From: Bacteroidota bacterium
GTDB lineage: Bacteria > Bacteroidota > Bacteroidia > Chitinophagales > Saprospiraceae
Assembly: GCA_041160955.1 (NCBI GenBank)
Contig: JBEAVK010000445.1
Span: 3,182-67,181 of the forward strand
Reading direction: 5' to 3'
Length of the DNA: 64,000 bases
The position numbers were made by a program, and so were the translations under genes. Under the pieces are notes generated by a model. It was not told where the DNA came from, made no database searches, and saw only the letters and a program-made list of their open reading frames with translations. Position 1 is the first letter of the stretch. Each line of letters starts with the position of its first letter. Below are positions 57,447-64,000 of this stretch, one piece after another.

Positions 57447-57454
57447 TATTTTTG
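57447..57454 (+). promoter_or_regulatory. candidate -7 promoter box upstream of htrA
   Basis: TATTTTTG matches TAnnTTTG, about 130 nt upstream of ATG 57587. Confidence 0.3.
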
Positions 57455-57586
57455 AAAAATGAGAGAAAAAAAATATTGGTTAACGATCCGTTAATTAACA
57501 TCTTTTACCCATCCTTTTTTCATTGAACAACGTTCTTATCATTAGAAAATCAAACGCAAAAGTAAAAAACGAATTCTAAAAGTATC

Positions 57587-58723
57587 ATGAATAAGTTTAT
57601 CCCTATGATTTTTGCCGGGGCTATTGGTGGCCTCACAGTATTCGGAGCCTTAAAACTCACAGAAAAAACACCAACAGATCAATTCAATGCTACCGCTCCT
57701 GCTAAACAAGTAAACACAGTAAACTACGGAGGAGGGCCAGCACCATTTGATTTTACACGAGCCGCAGAGCGTTCTATGAATTCTGTGGTGCACATTAAAG
57801 CCAGTGAAAGTAAACAGTCAGCCATTAATCGACAACGCCAAAATCCTTTTTTACAGTTCTTTGGCGGCGCTGATTTTGGCCAACGTTCAGGAACTGGTTC
57901 AGGTGTTGTTTATACCGCAGATGGTTATATTTTGACCAATAATCACGTGGTAGATTTCGCCGATGAATTTGAAGTGACCATGCACGACAACCGCGAGTAC
58001 AAAGCGCGTTTGGTCGGCAAAGACGAAAGCACAGACATGGCTGTGATTAAAATTGACGCAACCGACCTTCAAGCTATTGAAATAGGTAACTCTGATGAGG
58101 TACGAGTGGGTGAGTGGGCGTGTGCAGTAGGTAATCCTTTTGATCTAACTTCTACTGTTACCGCAGGAATTATCAGTGCCAAAGGGCGCGATATTAATAT
58201 CATTAAAGGATACTCACCGATTGAGTCATTCATTCAGACTGATGCAGCGGTTAATCCGGGTAATTCAGGTGGTGCTTTGGTCGATTTACAAGGCAGATTG
58301 ATAGGAATCAATTCTGCTATTGCAACGCCAACAGGTACTTTTGCTGGATATTCATTTGCAATACCTGTTAATTTAGTAAAGCGTATTGCAGACGATTTGA
58401 TTAAATATGGTGAATACCGCCGCGCTTATTTAGGTGTCGATATTGCAACAATGGATGGAGGATTAGCACAACGTTTGAACATTAAGTTCATTCAAGGTGT
58501 TTATATAGCAGAAGTGTTGGATGGAGGTTCGGCTCAAGCCGCTGGTTTGCAGAATGAAGACATCATTCTCAAAATAAATGGCAAGAATGTGACAAGCGTG
58601 CCTGAACTAAGAGAGACAATTGGACGTTCTAAAGCAGGAGAGACATTAAACGTGATTGTTAACCGGAAAAACAAAGAATTGGAGATTCCGGTCAAACTCC
58701 GCGTCAAGGATAACAAATATTAA
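57587..58723 (+). CDS. htrA: HtrA/DegP-family (S1C) serine protease with one PDZ domain
   Basis: Catalytic triad context: TNNHVV (His), DMAVIKI (Asp), GNSGGALVDLQGRLIGINSAI (Ser). C-terminal PDZ (GVYIAEVLDGGSAQAAGLQNEDIILKINGKNV). Confidence 0.9.
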   Translation: MNKFIPMIFAGAIGGLTVFGALKLTEKTPTDQFNATAPAKQVNTVNYGGGPAPFDFTRAAERSMNSVVHIKASESKQSAINRQRQNPFLQFFGGADFGQRSGTGSGVVYTADGYILTNNHVVDFADEFEVTMHDNREYKARLVGKDESTDMAVIKIDATDLQAIEIGNSDEVRVGEWACAVGNPFDLTSTVTAGIISAKGRDINIIKGYSPIESFIQTDAAVNPGNSGGALVDLQGRLIGINSAIATPTGTFAGYSFAIPVNLVKRIADDLIKYGEYRRAYLGVDIATMDGGLAQRLNIKFIQGVYIAEVLDGGSAQAAGLQNEDIILKINGKNVTSVPELRETIGRSKAGETLNVIVNRKNKELEIPVKLRVKDNKY

Positions 58724-58783
58724 ATAGGCATAAAAACCTGTTTAAATTAAAAATAAAGTTGGTTTTTCGTTTTGTTTTGATGT

Positions 58784-58819
58784 GTCTGCCCGGCGAAATG
58801 CCGGGCAGACTTTTTTTTT
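58784..58819 (+). terminator. rho-independent terminator of htrA
   Basis: 11-bp GC-rich stem gtctgcccggc / gccgggcagac (58784-58810), loop gaaat, followed by nine T (58811-58819). Confidence 0.85.
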
Positions 58820-58871
58820 ACCATTTCTTATCGTTCCTTTGTAGCTGGAAACAAAAACAATTCCTTTTTTT

Positions 58872-59879
58872 ATGAAACGTAGTACAATAATTCTTTTTTT
58901 GCTCTTCGCAGCACTCGGCGCGGGTACTTGGTATGCTATGCGCTACAACCAAAAAGCCAAACAAGGCTCTAATATCAATCCAGACATGGACTTTGGTATC
59001 AAAAATACCGATGAAATTTATAAGATCTTTATTGCCGATCGAACGGGGCGTACTGCTACGCTAGAACGAAATGGTAGCAAATGGCTGTATAATAAAACTC
59101 ATGTTGCACGACAAACAGCCATAGACCAATTGCTAGAAACCATGAAAAAAATGAGGGTCAATTATATCCCTCCAGCAGCCAGCGAACCTGGTATGATCAA
59201 AAGTATCGCCGCTGAGGGTATCAAGGTGGAAGCATACGACAAGGAGGGCAAAATTATCAAAGTATATTACGTGGGCGGTGTAACCAATGATGAGACCGGG
59301 ACTTATGTGATGATGGAAGGTGCCGAACACCCTTATGTTGCCCATATTCCAATTATGGTGGGTAGTTTCCGTATCCACTTCCGCTTAGAGCCTGATGAGT
59401 GGTACGATCGTACTATTTTCGAGGAAAAACCCGAAGACATCCAGTTTGTAAGTGTGGAATACCCACAACGGAAATCGGAGTCTTTTAAATTAGAGAAAAA
59501 GGCAGCCTTGGAATATGCTATTACCCCGTACTATAGCACAACGCCAGTTAGCCGTCAGCCGCAAAAGAAAGGTGTCGCAGAAGCCTATTTAGTGGGCTTT
59601 GAAAAACTAGGTTGCGAGGCGCACGAAACGCATTCTCCAGAACGCGATTCCATTATCAGCTTAGTCCCTTTTGCTATTGTTACTTTGAAAAATGCAAATG
59701 GAACGGAAAAAGTGGTAAAATTTTGGCCTGTAGAACAAATTGACGACCCTAATACTAAACAAACCTTGACCATCCGTTATTTAACAGAATGCAGTTGGGG
59801 GCCTTTTGTGCTTACCCAACATAAGGTTTTTGGGCCAATATTTAGAGGATATTCCCATTTCTATGGGAGCAAAAATTAA
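58872..59879 (+). CDS. DUF4340-like exported/anchored protein
   Basis: N-terminal anchor MKRSTIILFLLFAALGAGTWY. The spacing of blocks (KIFIADRTGRTATLERNGSKWLYNK...ARQTAIDQLLETM) resembles DUF4340 proteins. Tentative. Confidence 0.45.
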   Translation: MKRSTIILFLLFAALGAGTWYAMRYNQKAKQGSNINPDMDFGIKNTDEIYKIFIADRTGRTATLERNGSKWLYNKTHVARQTAIDQLLETMKKMRVNYIPPAASEPGMIKSIAAEGIKVEAYDKEGKIIKVYYVGGVTNDETGTYVMMEGAEHPYVAHIPIMVGSFRIHFRLEPDEWYDRTIFEEKPEDIQFVSVEYPQRKSESFKLEKKAALEYAITPYYSTTPVSRQPQKKGVAEAYLVGFEKLGCEAHETHSPERDSIISLVPFAIVTLKNANGTEKVVKFWPVEQIDDPNTKQTLTIRYLTECSWGPFVLTQHKVFGPIFRGYSHFYGSKN

Positions 59880-59881
59880 AT

Positions 59882-60640
59882 ATGCAAACAAGCAATACCG
59901 GGCAGCAACTGGCCCTTCAACTAGGCGATAATTGCCTTATTCTCGCTCAGCGCATTTCAGAATGGTGTGGTCACGGCCCCATTTTGGAACAAGATATTGC
60001 ATTGACCAATATTGCATTGGATCTTTTGGGGCAAACGCGTATGTATTATGCTTATCATGTAAAAGATGACCCTGCTGGTAGGTCAGAAGACGATATTGCT
60101 TTTTTTAGGGATGCACCCCAATTCAAAAATGTACAAATCGTAGAATACCCTAATAAAGACTGGGCATATACCATTGCAAGGCAGTTTTTCTTTGATACCT
60201 GGCATTTTTTGTACTGTGGTGAATTAAAAAAAAGTAGTGATCCACAAATTGTTGCTATTGCGGAAAAAGCCTTTAAGGAAATTACTTATCACCAGCGCTT
60301 TTCAAGCGAATGGATGATCCGATTGGGCGATGGGACTGCGGTAAGTCATCAGAAAATTCAGGAAGCAGTGCAGGATTTATGGGCATTTACTGGAGAATTA
60401 GTTTCACCTAATGCTGTGGATTTGGCAGCAGCAAAGGAGGGTATCGCCCCTGATTTTGAGCAATTACGCCCTAGATTTGAACAAAAAATTAAGGAAGTAC
60501 TGACAACGGCCACATTGAGCATCCCTACGAATACTTGGATGCAAAAAGGAGGGAAAGATGGTCGGCACACCGAACACCTCGGATTTATTTTAGCCGAAAT
60601 GCAACACATACAGCGGGCTTATCCGGGTAATATTTGGTAA
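59882..60640 (+). CDS. paaC: phenylacetyl-CoA 1,2-epoxidase subunit PaaC
   Basis: Collinear with E. coli PaaC over its full length: LGDNCLILAQRISEWCGHGPILEQDIALTNIALDLLGQTR versus LGDNCLVLSQRLGEWCGHAPELEIDLALANIGLDLLGQAR. The C-terminal HTEHLGFILAEMQHIQRAYPGNIW compares with HTEHLGPMLAEMQYLQRVLPGQQW. Confidence 0.9.
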   Translation: MQTSNTGQQLALQLGDNCLILAQRISEWCGHGPILEQDIALTNIALDLLGQTRMYYAYHVKDDPAGRSEDDIAFFRDAPQFKNVQIVEYPNKDWAYTIARQFFFDTWHFLYCGELKKSSDPQIVAIAEKAFKEITYHQRFSSEWMIRLGDGTAVSHQKIQEAVQDLWAFTGELVSPNAVDLAAAKEGIAPDFEQLRPRFEQKIKEVLTTATLSIPTNTWMQKGGKDGRHTEHLGFILAEMQHIQRAYPGNIW

Positions 60641-60661
60641 ACTTGGGGGGCGTTTAAAATG

Positions 60662-60707
60662 TAGCGTTTAAAATTGAACATTACTTAATGTTAAATTTTA
60701 AACGCTA
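60662..60707. terminator. 46-bp near-perfect palindrome between convergent genes (bidirectional terminator candidate)
   Basis: tagcgtttaaaattgaacatta (60662-60683), ct, taatgttaaattttaaacgcta (60686-60707). 21 of 22 positions pair. The motif gcgtttaaaat also occurs just upstream at 60650-60660. Confidence 0.45.
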
Positions 60708-60745
60708 TATTTTGAATGTTCAAGTGTGAGCCACGCACCGTTCAA

Positions 60746-61432
60746 TTAAAATTTTCTTACCTTATCCTTAAAGACAAACTTCACAAATTCGCCGTTTATA
60801 GGCACTTCAACCAATATTTTGTCAATATAATCTGTATTTTTCTTGATTTTCACAACGCCTTGTAGTGCCTCATCTTCGTATAAAGTATGGGCGCGCAACA
60901 ACCCATCTTTGGGTGTATATGGTGCTGAATTAAATTGGGGATTGATGATAAACCAAGGTTGAAAAAAGAAATTGTTGAAATCATCGAAATCATTATCTCT
61001 TTCTATTCGATTATTGGAAGAATTGCTCGCAACAGCAGCTGTTATTGCTACAGCAGCAACAGCACCAACAATTAAGGCATTTTTGGTATTGCGGCGTTTG
61101 ATAAATTCACGAGCCGTAAATACACGTAATTCTTGTCGTTGCCCTCTTTTATTGTAGCCATACGCTTTTACTAGTTCTGGTTCAAAAGTAAAAAACGTAT
61201 CGCCTAAGTTAAATACTGCCAAGTTAAGATTCAGAAAATTACTTCCGCCTTTGGTGGTCAGCGTAGCCGCTACGTCTCCGTCTATCGTCTTTGCACGTAA
61301 ATCGGGCATACCATGCGTGTAGATAATCTCTGTTCTTTCTGGTTGATTAGCAGCAGGTTTATAAAAAAAAGTGCGTGAACACGAACTGAATATGGCCATT
61401 GAGGCGAGCAATAATAGGATAGGGTATTTCAT
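60746..61432 (-). CDS. hypothetical lipoprotein
   Basis: 228 aa. Lipobox LLASMAIFSSC. One internal hydrophobic segment (ALIVGAVAAVAITAAVA). No family recognised. Confidence 0.5.
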   Translation of the reverse strand: MKYPILLLLASMAIFSSCSRTFFYKPAANQPERTEIIYTHGMPDLRAKTIDGDVAATLTTKGGSNFLNLNLAVFNLGDTFFTFEPELVKAYGYNKRGQRQELRVFTAREFIKRRNTKNALIVGAVAAVAITAAVASNSSNNRIERDNDFDDFNNFFFQPWFIINPQFNSAPYTPKDGLLRAHTLYEDEALQGVVKIKKNTDYIDKILVEVPINGEFVKFVFKDKVRKF

Positions 61433-61550
61433 AATATTTTAAAAATTGAGTGTTTTTGAATGCTACTACAAATATAAGTACAGAACGATAATATTGTTGT
61501 TGTTGTTAACGAATATTAAATTGGATTTAACATTTTTTTTCCATTGTCTC

Positions 61551-61751
61551 CGTAGAGACGTTGCACTGCAACGTCTAACGCCCGAACGTTCAAATAATTC
61601 TACCCGAAAAACGTTCAAATAATTCCACCAAAAAATATTCAATATCCTACCCGAAATATTCAATATCCTACCCGAAAATATTTAATATTCCACCCAGCTC
61701 ACCAACCATTTATCCTAGATCCTAGACGTTGCAGTGCAACGTCTCTACGGG
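61551..61751. repeat. split palindrome enclosing five degenerate ~23-bp tandem repeats
   Basis: Left end ccgtagagacgttgcaCtgcaacgtct (61551-61577). Right end agacgttgcaGtgcaacgtctctacgg (61725-61751). Each contains the 21-bp palindrome agacgttgca-N-tgcaacgtct. Between them (61582-61697) lie CCCGAA(A)ACGTTCAAATAATTC(T/C)A x2 and CC(C/A)(G/A)AAATATT(C/T)AATAT(C/T)C(T/C)A x3. Confidence 0.7.
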
Positions 61752-61782
61752 TATTATTGATTTCAAATGAACAACCCATAAT

Positions 61783-62049
61783 TTACCACCATTTTTTAAA
61801 AACCCAAACACGACCAAGGTCAATCCACTGCCACTGTTTTCGTTCAAATCGCACCTCCGATGGTGGCCAAATATCCGTTGGAGGAGGATGCCCAAACACC
61901 GTATGATAGGTTTGCAGGGTTTTATTATACCAATCTGTAAATTTTGTATTTTCATCCGCTCCGCCTTCTGTAGGATGATGATGGAGTGGTTGTTGGAGTA
62001 CTTGACCACAAAAATCGTCCCAATAAGAACGGGTATAAATCAAGTGCAA
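61783..62049 (-). CDS. Trp/His-rich open frame of unknown status, in frame with the lipase stop
   Basis: 88 codons from a TTG, with no ATG anywhere in the frame. The frame is the same as the upstream lipase and is open from its TAA (62065-62067). The sequence reads ...YWDDFCGQVLQQPLHHHPTEGG...FGHPPPTDIWPPSEVRFERKQWQW.... No family recognised. Confidence 0.3.
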   Translation of the reverse strand: MHLIYTRSYWDDFCGQVLQQPLHHHPTEGGADENTKFTDWYNKTLQTYHTVFGHPPPTDIWPPSEVRFERKQWQWIDLGRVWVFKKWW

Positions 62050-62064
62050 ATGCCAGACAGGTTT

Positions 62065-63423
62065 TTAATCAAAAACAACCACTTCAACACCCGAATTAGA
62101 AGGTATTTTCCGCATATTGAGCGTCCTTCCATTCAGTTGGAAACTTACTGGTCCGGCAGTCGTAGGGTTATAAAACACATCAATTCCACTCAAGAAAGTA
62201 AAACTACCAAAAAGTCCAACTGCTGTAAAATCAGAGATATTATTGCTGTTTCCATCGTATAAAAAGAACGAAATCGCCGTTTTGGAGGGTGCTGCAAAAG
62301 CATTCGTACTCAGTAAATCACTACCAGACTTGAGGGAATCGCGGCCATTTATCACAGCCTGCGATGCCGAGAAACAGTTTACAACAGATTGATTGGCAGA
62401 ATTGGGCAAACCCGCCAATAATAAACCCGCTGGGCTAGTTGGCCCCGGTAAAGTACGTAAATAGACAAAATTATTCGTTCGGATAAATTTTTCGCGGAAA
62501 TAGTGGATGGTACGGCCAGTAACTGGTTTTACCACAATTTCCATGGGGCGGTTACCCTCCAAATTTTGCACCGCCCACCGACCTTGTGCATCCGCATTGA
62601 GTGTAGTGATGGCGTTGCCTTCACGTTCACCAGTAATGGGATTGGAATAATAGAGTTCGATGGTAGCATTAGCAGCAGGTGCATTTTCGCCAAATGTAAC
62701 CGCCCGGCCACCTAAACAAACAATTGATTCTGGTGCAATTTCGGTAGTAGGTGGTGGCGCCCCGTTAAAAAACTGGAATACTTGATAAAAAGACATGGCA
62801 CTGGTAGCCACTTGATAATGATCGAGACCGGGTAGCATTACATTAGTGGCACCGTTGATATTGCCACCCATAGCGACCAAATCATCCATCGACCAAAGAT
62901 TGAGTGTTGGTACGCTACCACCCGGGCCAGCAGCGCCGCTTTGGGTGCCACTGGCAACGTGGACATAGTGTGCTACCTTGGCTGCATTGTTGAGGTTATT
63001 CAAATACGCATAACAAGTACCGCCACCAGCCGAATGACCGATCAAATCCACCTGCGCACTACCCGTGCGAGCGCGCACCGTATCAATAAAAGCATTGAGG
63101 AGTGCGGAAGTATTACCACCGCCTGCTCCAAGGCTATTCCAATCAAAGGCATACATTTGTCGATTGCAATAGCCATTGGAGGTAAAATATTGGGCAAATT
63201 TGGCCCAAGTATCACCCGAAGCCAAAAAACCATGCACCATGACTATAGGTCGATAAACATCACAGCCCAAAGCATTGGGATTGCCTGTCCATTTTTGCAC
63301 TTCCGAACGAGCAGTTATGTCATTGATATTTTCGGTATTATCTTGTTGCAACAGGTTGTTTTTAGTGCACGAAAAACAAAATAGAATAAGTAAAAGTGGA
63401 GCAAGTAAGTAGTTGAAACGCAT
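62065..63423 (-). CDS. secreted lipase-like alpha/beta hydrolase (class-2 lipase-like N-domain) lipoprotein
   Basis: Lipobox LLILFCFSC. PIVMVHGFLASGDTWAKF...YAFDW...VDLIGHSAGGG...KVAHYVHVASG is collinear with Bacillus LipA PVVMVHGIGGASFNF...YAVDF...VDIVAHSMGGA...KVANVVTLGG. A beta-rich C-terminal domain of about 230 aa follows. Confidence 0.8.
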   Translation of the reverse strand: MRFNYLLAPLLLILFCFSCTKNNLLQQDNTENINDITARSEVQKWTGNPNALGCDVYRPIVMVHGFLASGDTWAKFAQYFTSNGYCNRQMYAFDWNSLGAGGGNTSALLNAFIDTVRARTGSAQVDLIGHSAGGGTCYAYLNNLNNAAKVAHYVHVASGTQSGAAGPGGSVPTLNLWSMDDLVAMGGNINGATNVMLPGLDHYQVATSAMSFYQVFQFFNGAPPPTTEIAPESIVCLGGRAVTFGENAPAANATIELYYSNPITGEREGNAITTLNADAQGRWAVQNLEGNRPMEIVVKPVTGRTIHYFREKFIRTNNFVYLRTLPGPTSPAGLLLAGLPNSANQSVVNCFSASQAVINGRDSLKSGSDLLSTNAFAAPSKTAISFFLYDGNSNNISDFTAVGLFGSFTFLSGIDVFYNPTTAGPVSFQLNGRTLNMRKIPSNSGVEVVVFD

Positions 63424-63458
63424 AGTAATATGGTGCTAAATAGGCAATGCGCCTATTA

Positions 63459-63466
63459 TTTTATCC
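63459..63466 (-). promoter_or_regulatory. candidate -7 promoter box for the lipase gene
   Basis: CAAATATA on the + strand equals TATATTTG on the - strand (TAnnTTTG), 35 nt upstream of ATG 63423. Confidence 0.4.
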
Positions 63467-63513
63467 CGCAAATATAGCAATTTCTACTTGTTGGCAGCAT
63501 TTGATCCTAAAGA

Positions 63514-63546
63514 CTATAAACATATATTTCCTACGGGAATTTGGGC
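63514..63546. repeat. solitary sixth copy of the ~43-bp hairpin repeat
   Basis: ctataaacatatatttcctacgggaatttgggc matches the inverted-orientation copies at 18057-18083 and 18093-18130. Confidence 0.65.
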
Positions 63547-63857
63547 GACGGCTCGATAGTTACATAATTTGTTCATAAGCCCTAATACCTAAAATCAGCA
63601 CATTAGATATACCACATTTGAGGGTAAATACGTTCAATGTCTCTTTAGGATTCAAAATCTTTCGATCTATAAATTTTATTCACATATAAGTCATTGCACC
63701 ATGAAAGACACCATTTTTATTGCCTTTTTGGCACTATTACTCACCAATTACGCTTATGCGCAGAATAATACGGAACGCCTTATAATTATGGGCTATTAGC
63801 AGGTGTTATTGGCATCCGACAGGATGATCGCACGCTCGCGCTACGTCCTGAATTTGG

Positions 63858-64000
63858 TTGGCGGGCGTACTACTTTTACTCATCGGTCTTGTTCTTTTAC
63901 TGTCAAAAGGACGACTTGGGCTGGATTGGTTTGGTCATTTGCCCGGCGACTTTAGGATAGAAAGGGAAAACTTTAGTTGCTATGCCCCGATTGCTTCTAT
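63858..64000 (+). CDS. DUF2905-family small membrane protein, 3' end beyond the window; start uncertain
   Basis: The frame reads (TTG 63858) AGVLLLLIGLVLLLSKGRLGLDWFGHLPGDFRIERENFSCYAPIASI..., containing the DUF2905 signature G.LPGD.RIER.NF.FYFP-like. A TGA lies in frame just upstream at 63849-63851. An ATG at 63824 sits in a different frame. Confidence 0.5.
   Translation, partial: MAGVLLLLIGLVLLLSKGRLGLDWFGHLPGDFRIERENFSCYAPIAS

Noticed and set aside
61582-61697. Tandem repeats of about 23 bp considered as a possible CRISPR array.
   Set aside because: The units are contiguous with no unique spacers. They are too short and degenerate, there are only five of them, and no cas genes are nearby.
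61722-62009. 95-aa minus-strand track ORF ending ...PVETLHCNV.
   Set aside because: Its C-terminus is simply the translation of the palindromic repeat at 61725-61751. It overlaps the better in-frame ORF 61783-62049 in another frame.
63701-63799. 32-codon ORF with a signal-peptide-like start (MKDTIFIAFLALLLTNYAYAQ) ending at TAG.
   Set aside because: It is too short to support. The frame after the stop runs into out-of-frame DUF2905 sequence. It is probably a truncated remnant or chance.
1-64000. Stop-codon reassignment or programmed read-through as an explanation for the in-frame TAA/TAG in xisH, Uma2 and after the lipase.
   Set aside because: TAA and TAG terminate many conserved genes here at their expected natural ends. 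TAA examples are paaC (ending ...NIW like E. coli ...QQW), both gldN copies, and the barstar, yceI and htrA genes; cydB ends with TAG. Ordinary nonsense mutations or sequencing errors are the simpler explanation.
1-64000. Search for tRNA, rRNA, tmRNA, integrase, transposase or cas genes.
   Set aside because: I found no GTTCGAATC-type T-arm contexts, rRNA-like stretches, or ORFs with recombinase or transposase motifs. Absence is by eye only; tRNAscan-SE, Infernal and ISfinder would confirm it.

Overview
This is a 64-kb chromosomal segment that I assign to a Bacteroidota genome. The assignment rests on four things: a porP/sprF-gldK-gldL-gldM-gldN type IX secretion (T9SS)/gliding operon, a SusC/SusD polysaccharide utilisation locus (PUL), four proteins ending in T9SS C-terminal sorting domains (CTDs), and recurrent TAnnTTTG -7 promoter boxes. 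I count roughly 48 protein-coding genes. I found no rRNA, tRNA or CRISPR array by eye.

Gene blocks:
(1) 1-6.0 kb: a truncated BNR-repeat lipoprotein on the minus strand, then a tightly packed plus-strand cluster of a DUF3298 lipoprotein, a small secreted protein, a barstar homologue, an S46 dipeptidyl-peptidase and an AAA+ (AAA_5) ATPase.
(2) 6.2-12.7 kb: one 1,822-aa T9SS cargo made of 16 DUF4397 modules, containing an in-frame tandem duplication of about 1.28 kb, next to a second gldN paralogue.
(3) 13-18 kb: RibF fused in frame to a GT2 glycosyltransferase, an alpha/beta hydrolase, and a LytTR two-component pair.
(4) 18.3-24.5 kb: gldN-gldM-gldL-gldK plus porP/sprF.
(5) 25-33 kb: a TonB-dependent receptor, a SprB-repeat T9SS cargo, a 483-aa unknown protein and a GH18 enzyme.
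(6) 33-35.2 kb: an AT-rich islet with orphan ORFs, xisI and a nonsense-interrupted xisH.
(7) 35.2-50.4 kb: a PUL comprising a propeller/LuxR regulator, a GH144-like enzyme, a six-module CBM-like T9SS protein, GH3, SusC and SusD.
(8) 50.4-64 kb: a Uma2 pseudogene, cydAB, Crp/Fnr-TauE, YceI, an HD-like protein, HtrA, a DUF4340-like protein, an orphan paaC, a lipase and a DUF2905 fragment.

Non-coding features: a hairpin-containing repeat family of about 43 bp (6 copies), a split palindrome enclosing five tandem repeats of about 23 bp, a long hairpin between gldK and gldL, and several rho-independent terminators.

I cannot name a clearly new system with confidence. The best candidates are scored in the findings. 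All family assignments come from motif recognition by eye, not from database searches.
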